Source: an uncultured Candidatus Saccharibacteria bacterium (lineage in GTDB: Bacteria; Patescibacteriota; Minisyncoccia; UBA6257; 2-01-FULL-56-20). Taken from it: 64,000 nucleotides of DNA. The stretch lies in assembly GCA_964505005.1 (NCBI GenBank), contig CAZDFQ010000001.1, forward strand, positions 114,458 through 178,457. The letters run 5' to 3'. Under the pieces are notes generated by a model, which was given only the letters and a program-made list of their open reading frames with translations, was not told the origin of the DNA and did not search any database. The position numbers and the translations under genes were made by a program. This document shows positions 40,521 through 51,073 of the stretch, one piece after another; within the stretch, counting starts at the first letter, position 1, and the number at the start of each line of letters is the position of its first letter.

Positions 40521-40832
40521 CTAAACCTTTATAATCTCCAGTTCAGTGTACGGCTGGCGGTGGCCTTTTTTCTTGCGATAGCGGGTTTTGGAGTGATAAC
40601 GGAAAACGATTTTCTTTTTGGCTCTCCCTTGTTTTACGATTTTGGCTTCAACTTTTCCGCCGTTAAGATAAGGAGTGCCGATTTTGACATCATCGCCGTC
40701 AACGCGCAAAAGGACTTTGTCAAAAACAAAATTACCGCCTTCTCCGGCAGCCAATTTTTCAACTCTGATTTTTTGGCCGGGAGAAGTTTTGTATTGTTTG
40801 CCGCCGGTCTCGATGATGGCAAATGAAGACAT
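40521..40832 (-). CDS. rplU: 50S ribosomal protein L21
   Basis: AIIETGGKQY and GHRQPYT motifs. Confidence 0.96.
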   Translation of the reverse strand: MSSFAIIETGGKQYKTSPGQKIRVEKLAAGEGGNFVFDKVLLRVDGDDVKIGTPYLNGGKVEAKIVKQGRAKKKIVFRYHSKTRYRKKKGHRQPYTELEIIKV

Positions 40833-40923
40833 AGAGTATCGATGCGAATATACTAATATACTAATTATACAAATGCAAGGTTATTGGAATTTCTTTCTTG
40901 CATCAGTATCGATACAAGCAATT

Positions 40924-41262
40924 TCAGTTCACGCTGATAATTGCGGCAAAGCCGATGAAAATCAAGATACTTACGAAAAGGCCAGCCGCGGCCACTAACT
41001 TTCCCCAAAACCAATCTTTTTTTTCAAACTCAAAAGCCAAGAAGAAATCAGCAATGACGGTGATGATTCCTAAAATCGCTATGGCTGTCAAATCCTTTAA
41101 GCTGCCTATCTGATTGATGCTGGAATCGTTGAAATGAAGAATCAGCGGCTGGGAAATCTTCCGCAAAGTCAAAAAGGCCCAGAGCCAGCCGCTGGCTACA
41201 AAAAAAATACTCAGAAAAAACGCCGCGCTGATAATTTTAAATTTCAAAAATTTTTTGAACAT
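40924..41262 (-). CDS. Small membrane protein (3 TM)
   Basis: Three hydrophobic segments; ILHF motif. Confidence 0.65.
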   Translation of the reverse strand: MFKKFLKFKIISAAFFLSIFFVASGWLWAFLTLRKISQPLILHFNDSSINQIGSLKDLTAIAILGIITVIADFFLAFEFEKKDWFWGKLVAAAGLFVSILIFIGFAAIISVN

Positions 41263-41330
41263 CGGTGCATTCCTTTGTATCTTATTCTCTAATTCGAGCG
41301 AATTAGAGAAATAAACTTATAGTCCTTCTT

Positions 41331-41389
41331 CTTATTTCTTATTTCTTATTTCTCATTTCTCATTTCTTATTTCTTATTTCTTATTTCTT
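41331..41389. repeat. Heptamer tandem repeat (cttattt/ctcattt)n
   Basis: About 8 consecutive 7-bp units at the galT 3' end. Confidence 0.85.
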
Positions 41390-42406
41390 TAACATCTTCG
41401 CCGCTTCATTGGGGTCAACGACATTTATTTCCACGCCGGTACTGAGTTCGAAACCAGCTGGAATGGAAATTTTCGGCAGAATTTCAATGTGCCAGTGGTA
41501 ATGTCTGTAGGCCGATTGATATTTTAACGGCGCGGTATGGATGAAAAAATTCAAATCCGGGTCGCGAAGATTTTTCCTGATTTTCCGGAGCGTCAGCTGC
41601 AAAATGGAAACAACCGGCTGAAGTTGAGCAGCCGGCGTCTTTTCGAAATACGACTGGTGTTTCAAAGGAAAAACTCTGATTTCAAATGGCTGGCGGGAAA
41701 CAAATGGCGCAATCGCCACGGCAAAAGAATTTTTGGCAATTATCCGTTTTTTGTTTTTCTCTTCGAATCTGAGCATCTCGCAATGAACGCAGCGCCGGTG
41801 TTTTTTGAAATAATGGTGCGAACCGGTGAGCGAATGCTGGACATCGGGTGGAATAATCGGCAAGGTTAGCATCTGATAATGAGGATGAGAAAGCGAAGCG
41901 CCGGCGCTTCCCCCGTAGTTGAAAAAAGTGGAAGTATAGGCGAAACATTTATCTTTGGAAAGTCGGCGGTAGCGACTCTGAATCATTTTGAAAGCCTCGG
42001 TTGCTTCTTCGAATTTCAAATCAGGGAGGTTGCGTTCATGGTCTCTGGTAATTACCAGTTCATGGTTTCCAATCCCGCTTAAAATTTCGTAGGGTCCCCG
42101 AGTGAAAGACGAAGCGCAGACCTCCCGATGGATGAGGGCCGGATATTTGTTGGGGATAACGGCGATGCGCCAGCTCCGACGCTTGCGGTCGGAGTCCCGA
42201 CCAGCGGCGTCGGGATTCTTCTCTTTAGGATATATATCAATCGGCGGCCAATTACCTGATTTTTCCAAATCTTCAAAAGGGCAAGTTGATGGCGGCGATA
42301 TCGGCCGTTTTTTCTTTTTGGGCAAAAGGCCATGCGGCCGCTTGGCCCGCTCCGGCGCCAGAATTATCCAGTCGCCGGAAATCAAATCTTGTCGAAATTC
42401 AGACAT
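41381..42406 (-). CDS. galT: Galactose-1-phosphate uridylyltransferase family
   Basis: RAKRP, CPF, NKYPA, GASLSHPH.Q, HWHIEI and AGFEL motifs. Confidence 0.9.
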   Translation of the reverse strand: MSEFRQDLISGDWIILAPERAKRPHGLLPKKKKRPISPPSTCPFEDLEKSGNWPPIDIYPKEKNPDAAGRDSDRKRRSWRIAVIPNKYPALIHREVCASSFTRGPYEILSGIGNHELVITRDHERNLPDLKFEEATEAFKMIQSRYRRLSKDKCFAYTSTFFNYGGSAGASLSHPHYQMLTLPIIPPDVQHSLTGSHHYFKKHRRCVHCEMLRFEEKNKKRIIAKNSFAVAIAPFVSRQPFEIRVFPLKHQSYFEKTPAAQLQPVVSILQLTLRKIRKNLRDPDLNFFIHTAPLKYQSAYRHYHWHIEILPKISIPAGFELSTGVEINVVDPNEAAKMLKK

Positions 42407-42505
42407 AATTCAAACATCAGCATATATCAGCCGTCATCAGCATTTATCAGCGTCAAGAGTCCTGTTCTACATCTCAAACGCTGATTTATGCTGATTTGCA
42501 ACTGA

Positions 42506-44389
42506 TTAATGCTGATAAGTTTTTATCCTGTTCCAATAATACCAGTTCAAAACGTCTTTGGCTATTGGCACAGCGTTCAAACTGCCTTCGCGGGAGTTTT
42601 CGACGAGAACCAGGATGGCGATTTGCGGATTGTCGGCCGGAGCATAACCGACGAAGAAAGCATTCTCTTGTTGGTTGCTCATTATTTGGGCGCTGCCGGT
42701 TTTGGCTTCAACCGGAAATCCTAAATCAGCCAGAAGATTGGCGGTGCCTAGCGGAGAGGTCACGGCCTGACGCATCCCTCTTCTGACTTCCTGAAATTGC
42801 GATTCAAAAGAAGACAAATCAGTTAGAATCTTCGGCTGGCTGTCCTTATTTATCCTCGGCTGATAAATTTTTCCGCCGTTGGCAATCGCGCTGATATAGT
42901 TCAAAAGCTGAATTGGCGTTAAAAGCAAATCACCTTGACCGATGCTGACGTTATAAGTGTCGCCGAGCAGCCAAGGCTTGGAGGTTTTCTTTTCTTTCCA
43001 GTCCGGGGACGGCAGAAAGCCTTTGGCTTCGCCCGGCAAATCAATGCCGGTTAAATTGCCGAGGCCGAATTTTTGCCACCACTCTCGCAAGCGGCTGATG
43101 CCGAGGCCTGGTTTTAAATCCGGGCCGCCGCCACCGACTTCGTAAAAATAGACATTCGATGATTGGGCGATGGCCGCCGATAAATCAACCCATCCCTGCT
43201 CGCGCCAATCAAGAAAGCGCGTTGGCGAATCAGGATTATAGGGATTGGGAATATCGAGATAGCCGGGTGAAAAAATTTTCACGGTCGGGGTGATGACTCC
43301 TTCCTTTAACGCCGCCACTCCAGCGAGCGGTTTGATTGTTGAACCAGGATTGTAGAAGCCGCCAATGGCGCGGTTGAAAAGCGGCTGGTCGGAAGAATTC
43401 AAAATTCTCTGTTTTTCTTCATTGCGGCCGCTTCCGCCTAAAATGTTATTATCAAAAACCGGGAAGCTAACCATTGCCAACACCTCGCCATTCTGCGGGT
43501 TCAACGCCAAACCGACTCCTTTTGTCCGGCCGAGAAAATCTAAGCCAGTCTTCAACCGCTGATAAAAATATTTCTGGAAATCGGCATCAATGGTCAGCTG
43601 AAGCGATTTCCCTGTCTGAGGAGTAGTTATCTCTTTGTCGCCGATAGGCCGACCTCGAGCATCGCGTTTCTGAACAATTCTGCCAGCCTCCCCTTTAAGA
43701 AGATCGTTATAAAATAGTTCGGCGCCGGCTTTGCCTATTATTTCATCCCCGCGGAGTTCGGGGCTGGCTGCCAAATCAGCGGCTGAAACGAAACCCGTAT
43801 AACCAATAACTGATGAAAAAACTTCTCCCGCGGCGTACCGTCTTATAAAACCGTCTTCCCCAACCAGCGCCGGCAAATCTAAGCCTTTCAATTTCACGGC
43901 TCGTTCCTGACTCAGGTTAGTCCTCAAAACAATCAGATTGTTCCCGCTGCCAACGTCATTTTTTTCAATCTCAGACCAGACCTCATCCGCTGTTAAACCG
44001 AGGATATCGTTTATGGCCTCAAACGTTTCTTTTTGAAGATCGGGTTTGTGAAGGAACTCATTAACATCAAGAACCGCCGAAAAAACCGGCAGATTCTCAG
44101 CCAAAATTTTGCCGGAGCGGTCATAAATAAGACCCCGGGGAGCCGGCAGAATCTCGACCTGGTTAAGATTGGCCTCAGCTCGGCTGACATAAATTTCTGA
44201 TTTGAGAACTCCCAAATAAAAAATCCGGCCGATGACGATTAAGCCGATAATGAAAATCAGGGCGCTCCAGTAGACAAGCGGTTTATTGCTGAGCGGCACT
44301 TCAACCAAGCCGAAGTCCTTCTGCCATTCTTCGCTCAATGATTCTTCTAAATCAACGGCGTTTTCCCTAATTCTATGGCTATTTTTCAT
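42506..44389 (-). CDS. mrdA: Penicillin-binding protein 2
   Basis: PRG.I.DR, PGSTIK (SxxK), SSN and KTG; within the mre cluster. Confidence 0.9.
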   Translation of the reverse strand: MKNSHRIRENAVDLEESLSEEWQKDFGLVEVPLSNKPLVYWSALIFIIGLIVIGRIFYLGVLKSEIYVSRAEANLNQVEILPAPRGLIYDRSGKILAENLPVFSAVLDVNEFLHKPDLQKETFEAINDILGLTADEVWSEIEKNDVGSGNNLIVLRTNLSQERAVKLKGLDLPALVGEDGFIRRYAAGEVFSSVIGYTGFVSAADLAASPELRGDEIIGKAGAELFYNDLLKGEAGRIVQKRDARGRPIGDKEITTPQTGKSLQLTIDADFQKYFYQRLKTGLDFLGRTKGVGLALNPQNGEVLAMVSFPVFDNNILGGSGRNEEKQRILNSSDQPLFNRAIGGFYNPGSTIKPLAGVAALKEGVITPTVKIFSPGYLDIPNPYNPDSPTRFLDWREQGWVDLSAAIAQSSNVYFYEVGGGGPDLKPGLGISRLREWWQKFGLGNLTGIDLPGEAKGFLPSPDWKEKKTSKPWLLGDTYNVSIGQGDLLLTPIQLLNYISAIANGGKIYQPRINKDSQPKILTDLSSFESQFQEVRRGMRQAVTSPLGTANLLADLGFPVEAKTGSAQIMSNQQENAFFVGYAPADNPQIAILVLVENSREGSLNAVPIAKDVLNWYYWNRIKTYQH

Positions 44390-44549
44390 TGTCTCATTTT
44401 GTGTATAGTTAAAAATTCATTTGGCCGGTGTTATGCTGTAGCATAACACCGGACCTTGCTATCACCTCCTACCTTTATGGATGAGGAACTCCCGCGAGGA
44501 ACTCCCGGTGAGTTAAAATTATTTGAGGATAATGTGGCGCAAATAGTAT

Positions 44550-45032
44550 TCAGATTCTAATGGAGTAAAAATAGCGAAAAACCTGGAAAATAAAAATGCC
44601 GAAGATTGACGCCCAAATAATGATTTCCGCAAAAAACAGCGGATTATTTACCAAAGAAATGTAATTCGAAGCTCCGTAAAATACAAGAAAGGCAGAGATA
44701 ATTGCTAAAAAATGGTTTATTTCGACTCTCCAAAGGAAATATCTTTTTGTCGCCGAAACCAAAAGCGGCAGAGCTATCAATAAAAAGATTTCTAAACTGA
44801 TAGCTGGCTGCCAGTTCAAAATAATCGCACTGAGCAAACTCAGAAATAAAACTTCCAGAGAGCCGAAATAAAAAGCTAAAGTTATAAGGGTGGCCAGCGC
44901 AAAATCCGGAGACCAGCCAAAAAAAAATTTAATTTCGGCCTGAAGGATTGAAGCTATGAAGACAACGAGAACGGCCGATAGAAATTTGACCGCTCTCGCC
45001 TCGAGAGCCCTGAATTTTACCATCCTATTCAT
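44550..45032 (-). CDS. mreD: MreD-like membrane protein
   Basis: Multi-TM with PDFAL motif; lies between mreC and mrdA. Confidence 0.65.
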   Translation of the reverse strand: MNRMVKFRALEARAVKFLSAVLVVFIASILQAEIKFFFGWSPDFALATLITLAFYFGSLEVLFLSLLSAIILNWQPAISLEIFLLIALPLLVSATKRYFLWRVEINHFLAIISAFLVFYGASNYISLVNNPLFFAEIIIWASIFGIFIFQVFRYFYSIRI

Positions 45033-45768
45033 TGTAATTTTCCGTAACAATGAAAAGCGATTTTAAATCCGCGGGGTTATAATTCGTCTCTATGTCCGCT
45101 TCTTTAAAAAACTGATTGGCAGAAATCCGAGGGTTAGCCAAAACGCCGAGCGTCAAACCATAGGGCAATTTTGGCTCTGTCGAATAAACGGCGTCTCCCT
45201 CAGCCACTTCAACGTCTTTAGGTATTAAAAACAACTCGGGTTCATTGCCGCCTTTAAGAAGAGCGCTGACTCCGTTTTTGCCTATTCTGACGCTCATCTG
45301 AAATCGCGAATCATAAATTGTCTCAACCAGCGAAGTATTTTCAAAAACTTTTTCTACTTTCCCCGCGAATATCGGGCTCGCCATAATCGGCTCGCTGCTA
45401 ACCAAAGGGAAAATCACGGCTGCCTGCCCTGATTTTGCTCCCTGCTTTTCGCCGGCGTTAACCAAAATCTCATTTTTAAAATTGAAAGGATAACTGGAAT
45501 AAACCAGGGCGCCTAATAACGAATTCTTGGTCGGCCAACCGGCGAGCGGCAGTCCGCCGGCTGGCGGATTCTGCAACTCCTGAAGTTTGGCAATCTCCGC
45601 TTTCAGCGATTCGTTCTCCAAAAGAAGATTTTGTTCTGTCCCAAGCGACTGCTGAGCAGTCCGGTAAAAAAATGACTGAATTTTCCAGCCAAACGAAGGA
45701 TATAAAAGGAATAAAAAAGCGGCGATTAAAATTAAAGCGAGTAAAAACCAGTTCTCTTTTTTCATCAT
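45025..45768 (-). CDS. mreC: Rod shape-determining protein MreC
   Basis: N-terminal TM, coiled coil ENESLK and beta-rich C-domain; follows mreB. Confidence 0.8.
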   Translation of the reverse strand: MMKKENWFLLALILIAAFLFLLYPSFGWKIQSFFYRTAQQSLGTEQNLLLENESLKAEIAKLQELQNPPAGGLPLAGWPTKNSLLGALVYSSYPFNFKNEILVNAGEKQGAKSGQAAVIFPLVSSEPIMASPIFAGKVEKVFENTSLVETIYDSRFQMSVRIGKNGVSALLKGGNEPELFLIPKDVEVAEGDAVYSTEPKLPYGLTLGVLANPRISANQFFKEADIETNYNPADLKSLFIVTENYNE

Positions 45769-45877
45769 CAGTATTAATCAGCTATATCGGTATTAATCAG
45801 CGTTGACAATTTGTTTGGGTGAAATAAAATCTTTACCGCTGATTGATGCTGATATTGCCGATATATGCTGATAAAAT

Positions 45878-46924
45878 TTACAGCGAAATTTCAAGGGGTT
45901 TTAAAGGACTGGCTAAAAATTGCTGATGACCTTGAAAATCATCGATAATCCGTCCCAGCCCTCTGGCGACCGCTCGCAAGGGGTCATCAACAACTCTCGC
46001 CGCCACTTGAGTTTCTTTAGCGATTAATTCGTCCAAGCCACGGAGAAGCGCGCCGCCGCCAGAAAGATAGATTCCTTCTTTCAACATATCGCCAACGAGT
46101 TCCGGTGGCGTCGCTTCGATTATCTCGCGCAAAGCTTCAATAATGAAACGGAGGGATTTGGAAAGCGCCGCTCGGATGTGGCTGTTTTTAACGACTATCT
46201 CTTTGGGCAAACCAGTAGAAAAATCTCGACCGCGGATAACGGTCTCCAGACGTTCATCCAAAGGAATGGCTGAACCGACGGCGATTTTGGCAAATTCGGC
46301 TGTGGGTTCGCCGACAGCCAATCGGAATTCGTCTCTCAAAAACTTGGCAATGTCATCATTGAATTTATCGCCGGCGACTTTAAGAGTTCGGGAAACAACG
46401 GTGCCGCTAAGGGAAATTACGGCAATATCAGTCGTGCCACCGCCGATGTCGACAATCAAGTTGGCCAGAGGCGACTCCACCGGTAAACCGGCGCCGAGAG
46501 CCGCAGCCAGCGGCGAAGAAACAAGATAAACTTTGGCGCAGCCGGCGGTTACGGCCGCATCTTCGACCGATTTCCGTTCTACTTCAGTTAAATCATCAGG
46601 GGCAGCCAAGACCGCCCGCCGGATGCCGGCAAATAAATTGTTCCCGTTCAACCGCTTAAGAAACTGACGGAGTAGTTCCTGAGTCATATCGAAATCAGAA
46701 ATAACGCCGTTGACCAGCGGTCTAATGACGTTAATGTGCCCCGGCGTTCGGCCGATCATTTTTTTGGCTTCCTCGCCGACCGCCAAAATTTCATTCGTCT
46801 TGTTATTGACCGCGGCCACCGTCGGCTCGTTCACTACCACTCCTTTATTTTTCTGGTAAATAAGAGAGTTAGCGGTGCCAAGGTCAATTCCGATTTCTTT
46901 GAAAAAATTATGGAAAATAGTCAT
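45878..46924 (-). CDS. mreB: Rod shape-determining protein MreB
   Basis: GIDLGTAN, DIGGGTT and GGGALL motifs. Confidence 0.95.
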   Translation of the reverse strand: MTIFHNFFKEIGIDLGTANSLIYQKNKGVVVNEPTVAAVNNKTNEILAVGEEAKKMIGRTPGHINVIRPLVNGVISDFDMTQELLRQFLKRLNGNNLFAGIRRAVLAAPDDLTEVERKSVEDAAVTAGCAKVYLVSSPLAAALGAGLPVESPLANLIVDIGGGTTDIAVISLSGTVVSRTLKVAGDKFNDDIAKFLRDEFRLAVGEPTAEFAKIAVGSAIPLDERLETVIRGRDFSTGLPKEIVVKNSHIRAALSKSLRFIIEALREIIEATPPELVGDMLKEGIYLSGGGALLRGLDELIAKETQVAARVVDDPLRAVARGLGRIIDDFQGHQQFLASPLKPLEISL

Positions 46925-47011
46925 AGCTTGCAATATCTATAAGTATCAATCTGTATCTTGTTGATATTCATTGATGCTCGCTCCGCGATACTAAAATATT
47001 ACTGGGATTTA

Positions 47012-48235
47012 TCACTTTTTTAATAAATTAATTAATTCTGCCTGGTTTATCAATCTTGTTTTCTCTTCGTTCCGGCGCTTGATTTCCACCTGAGCGCCGG
47101 TTTTAGGGCTGACTATGAGCCGAAGCGGCAAGCCAAGGAAATCGGCCTCAACGAGCTTTTCGCCGGCGGAAAGCGACCTTTCGTCGTAGAGTACTTCAAT
47201 GTTCTTTTTTTGTAAATCGGTGTAAAGTTTTTCAGCCGTGGCGCCGGGAAACTCGAGAAGATGAACGCTGAACGGCGCCACGCTTTCCGGCCAGATGATT
47301 CCTTTGTCGTCATGCGAAACCTCAACAATGGCGCCCAGCAATCGGGTCAAACCGATGCCGTAACACCCCATTTCCACATCCTTCTCCCGCCCTTTTTCAT
47401 CTTTATATTTCAAACCAAAAGGGACAGAATACTTGGTTTTCAATTTAAAAATATTGCCGACCTCAATGGCTTTTTCTGGTTTTAATTTCTTATTGCCGCA
47501 CTGCGGACAGGAATTCTGCTCTTTGATTATTTCTTTATTGACCGCCAGCCGGCACTTAGCGCAGAGATAAACAACATCTTCGCCGGCCGAGGTTAGGGTC
47601 TGGAATTCATGGGAATATTTGGAAAAAGTCCCGCCGGAAGCGAAAGTCAGGTAAGTCAAGCGGCCTATGCCGACCCGCCTGAAAACATTGAAATAGGCCT
47701 TTTTCATGAGCTCGTAATATCTATCCAAGTCATTCTCGTCAACATGGAACGAATAAAGGTCTTTCATCAAAAATTCCCGCGTCCGCAGCAGTCCGGACTT
47801 GACGCGGGGTTCGTCGCGGAACTTATTCTGAATCTGAAAAACAGATTGCGGCAAATCTTTCCAGGAAAAAACGAATTTTTTGAGCAAGGGTGAAACGATT
47901 TCTTCGTGGGTCGGCCCCAAAGCATATTCCATTTTCGAATAATAACTCCTGAACCTGAAAAGAGAGTCGTAAACTTCCCAACGGCCGGTTTTCTGCCAAT
48001 TGGCTTTGGGCTGGAGCGTGGGCATCAAGATTTCCTGGCCCCCGGCGGCTTCCATTTCTTCCCGGATGATGTTTTCGATTTTCTTCAGCACCCGAAATCC
48101 CAGCGGCAAAATGGAATAGACGCCGGCCATCACTTTGTCGATGAAGCCGGCGCGAATCAAAAGCCGGGCGCTTATCGCTTCCTCGTCTCGGGGAAAACTC
48201 CGTTTAACTTTGGTAAAAAGCTTCGACTGGAACAT
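47012..48235 (-). CDS. proS: Prolyl-tRNA synthetase (short form)
   Basis: GPTHEE, KFRDE.R, REFLMKDLYSF, IEVGNIF and GCYGIG motifs. Confidence 0.94.
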   Translation of the reverse strand: MFQSKLFTKVKRSFPRDEEAISARLLIRAGFIDKVMAGVYSILPLGFRVLKKIENIIREEMEAAGGQEILMPTLQPKANWQKTGRWEVYDSLFRFRSYYSKMEYALGPTHEEIVSPLLKKFVFSWKDLPQSVFQIQNKFRDEPRVKSGLLRTREFLMKDLYSFHVDENDLDRYYELMKKAYFNVFRRVGIGRLTYLTFASGGTFSKYSHEFQTLTSAGEDVVYLCAKCRLAVNKEIIKEQNSCPQCGNKKLKPEKAIEVGNIFKLKTKYSVPFGLKYKDEKGREKDVEMGCYGIGLTRLLGAIVEVSHDDKGIIWPESVAPFSVHLLEFPGATAEKLYTDLQKKNIEVLYDERSLSAGEKLVEADFLGLPLRLIVSPKTGAQVEIKRRNEEKTRLINQAELINLLKK

Positions 48236-48655
48236 GCTGAATATAAAACAATGTTATCATAACAATTGTTGATAGGCAAAATCCGTTTTATCTGCGCCGC
48301 TGGGCCATCGCCGTTATGATGTGCCCTAGCGACAGGCCGACTTATTGCTGCGCTTTTCATTTTACTCGGCGGCCTTATGAAAAAAGTTTAATCAAGTGTT
48401 ATGCCTGGGCATAACACTTGATTATTCCGTCGCGTTATAAATAGCCGGCTATCTCGACTGCTGATAAAACCTATTTGGAGATGCGAATATCGCCGATTTT
48501 GAAAAGGTTGTGGGAGTGAAGAGTTATAGAAGCGAGAGGATTATGGAAGTTGAACTTCAATAGAGGGTTTCAATAATAGTTGCTTACTAGAAGTGTTATG
48601 CCCGGGCATAACAGGGCTTACTCCCTCCTTCATCTTCTGATTTAATATTTAAATT

Positions 48656-49729
48656 TCAAAAAAATCTTGCCAGAAAGAAAAGCACCAGGCCGAAGGCCGC
48701 GGCCACGGCCGAAACAATCCAGAAACGCATCGTCACTTGGGACTCGGGCCAGCCGAGTGCCTGAAAATGATGGTGAATCGGCGCGGATAAAAACACTTTT
48801 TTATGGAAAAATTTTTTGGAAGCGAGCTGGATGATGACTGAGGCGGACTCGACCGCTAAGACGAAACCGATGAGCGGAAGGAAAAGAACGGAGTTAGTCA
48901 GGAAAGCGATGACGGCCAAGGTCACGGTCAATCCCATAATGCCGGTCTCGCCCATATAGAATTTGGCCGGATGGACATTAAACCAGAGATAAGTGGCGAG
49001 AGCCCCGACAATCACGATAATGAAAGCCACCAGGTCATAAGCGCCGCGGGCATAGGCAATGACACCAAAAGCTGCAAAAATCGGCGCCAAAACGCCGGCT
49101 GACAGACCGTCCAAGCCGTCGACCACACTTGAAGAAAAAGTCGCCAGCACCACCAGTACAAAAAGAAGAATGTACCAGCCGTCGATTTCGATGTTCCCGT
49201 AAAAAGGAATATAAATGCTCGACCATTCCAATTTGAAATAGAACCACCAGGCGCCGAGCAAAGCAATCGAAGTCACTAACAAAAGACGAACTTTTAATCT
49301 GATGCCGCCGCCGATGTATTTGCCCTTGTTCTTAACAACCAGAATATCGTCAATCAAACCAAGAAGTGAAGCGGAGGCCAGCGCGAAAAGCGGCAGATAG
49401 GTCTGGGAGCGGGAGACAAAATTCATTCCGGTCCAAAAAGGGCCGCCGAAAAATTTGTCTGCTAAAAACATTAAGCTGGTCACCACCAACACGGTCCACC
49501 AAATGAGAATGCCGCCCATCCGCGGCGTGCTTATCTCTTTCTCGGCGTGAAGTTTCGTGAAAATGGGCGTTTTTTCTCCGCCGAAAGTTTCTTCCCGCGG
49601 TTTTTTCTTCCAAGCCTTGAATTTATAAAGAATTCTAATCAGAACCGGCGCGGAAATAATTGCCACCGCGAACGAAAGGATGAAAAGCAGCAGCGTCCGG
49701 ACTATTAAGAAGACAGGAACTTGATACAT
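48656..49729 (-). CDS. mraY: Phospho-N-acetylmuramoyl-pentapeptide transferase
   Basis: TPRMGG, DD, DGLDGL, MGETG and APIHHHF motifs. Confidence 0.93.
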   Translation of the reverse strand: MYQVPVFLIVRTLLLFILSFAVAIISAPVLIRILYKFKAWKKKPREETFGGEKTPIFTKLHAEKEISTPRMGGILIWWTVLVVTSLMFLADKFFGGPFWTGMNFVSRSQTYLPLFALASASLLGLIDDILVVKNKGKYIGGGIRLKVRLLLVTSIALLGAWWFYFKLEWSSIYIPFYGNIEIDGWYILLFVLVVLATFSSSVVDGLDGLSAGVLAPIFAAFGVIAYARGAYDLVAFIIVIVGALATYLWFNVHPAKFYMGETGIMGLTVTLAVIAFLTNSVLFLPLIGFVLAVESASVIIQLASKKFFHKKVFLSAPIHHHFQALGWPESQVTMRFWIVSAVAAAFGLVLFFLARFF

Positions 49730-49858
49730 CTTAGTTAAAAATCTCTAATTTCTAAATCCTAATTTCTAAATAATCCGCCAGGTGGCGGATAAATGACCAA
49801 AATCCAAAATTAAAAATTTTTGAAATTTGAATTTTGAGATTGTTTAGGATTTAGGGGT

Positions 49859-50938
49859 TTATCGATTTGCCGTTCGCCGGAAATTATTCTTGAACCATTC
49901 GAAAATTCTCTCGGTTTCGCCGAAGCGGTTAGCGGTACCGAGGACGACTATTAAAATCGGCCGGCGCTCGTAAGAAAAAACGGAAACGAGATTGCCGCTG
50001 GCTTCATCAGTATAGCCGGTTTTGCCGCCGAGAAAATCGCTTTGGCCGGCAAAAATATTGATGTTGCCGATGGTCGTTTTCCGGCCGGAATTCAGTTCTG
50101 TAATGAGACCGACTTTCCGACGTGTGAGTTCAAAAATTTTGGGCTCGTTCCGCTCGATGAAAATCGCCAGTTTTTTGATGTCTTCAGCGGTTGACTGATT
50201 GACGACGGAGAGACCAGTTGGTCCCTCGTAATGAGTGGAACTCATACCTAATTCTCTTGATTTTTCATTCATAAGAGAAACGAATTTATCAAGACCATAA
50301 TTGTCAGCCAAGGCCTGAGCGGCTTCGTTCTTGGAAAGAAGGAGCATCGTGCTTATAACATCGTTTACCGAATAGACGTAACCGGCTTTGAAGAACTCAT
50401 TTTCTTCAGCGTTGGCAAAATCAGCCGCTGACAAAGTAAGACGGCTTTTCGAATCGAGGTTTTCCGTAGCCACCACAGCAGTCATCAGTTTGGTCAGCGA
50501 TGCCAGAGGCCAGCGCTTATCAGAGTTAAAAGAAAAATAGGTTTCGCCGGAACCAAGATCTGTCACTAAAGCTGCTTCGGCATTCACGACCGGGGGTGGG
50601 TCGTTCGTGAAATAGTAAAAAAACGGCGTTGGCAGCATTCCGGAAGAACTAAGGGAAACATTTCGAGAATTATTTAAATAATCAACATTGTCAACGGCGG
50701 GCCCCAATTCACTGGTCGCCTTCCCGACAGTCGAAGCAGAACCGTTAAAACCCGGATTTCGACTGATATCAGCGACGGCGGCGACTCCTTTCAAAAAAGG
50801 CACCGTGTCAGGCCCAAAAAACTTCAATCGGCTATCCCCAGAGACATCATTGTTATATTGGAAGCCGCTAAAACGGCTGCCGAGAAATATCATAAAAACG
50901 ATTGCTATAGCAAAAAAAATTTTTTGGAAATTGGTCAT
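49859..50938 (-). CDS. D-alanyl-D-alanine carboxypeptidase (peptidase S11)
   Basis: ASLTK, SKN and KTGYT motifs. Confidence 0.88.
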   Translation of the reverse strand: MTNFQKIFFAIAIVFMIFLGSRFSGFQYNNDVSGDSRLKFFGPDTVPFLKGVAAVADISRNPGFNGSASTVGKATSELGPAVDNVDYLNNSRNVSLSSSGMLPTPFFYYFTNDPPPVVNAEAALVTDLGSGETYFSFNSDKRWPLASLTKLMTAVVATENLDSKSRLTLSAADFANAEENEFFKAGYVYSVNDVISTMLLLSKNEAAQALADNYGLDKFVSLMNEKSRELGMSSTHYEGPTGLSVVNQSTAEDIKKLAIFIERNEPKIFELTRRKVGLITELNSGRKTTIGNINIFAGQSDFLGGKTGYTDEASGNLVSVFSYERRPILIVVLGTANRFGETERIFEWFKNNFRRTANR

Positions 50939-51073
50939 AAAAGTTCAAAATGCAAAAATCTCAGCCCGAGGCAGTCCCTGCTCGTCCGGCAGGCGGGCGG
51001 CAGGCGGGCGCCTTTGGCGGGAAAATGCAAAATGACAATGTAAAATTAAAAATTATTAAAATCGGATTTGAAA

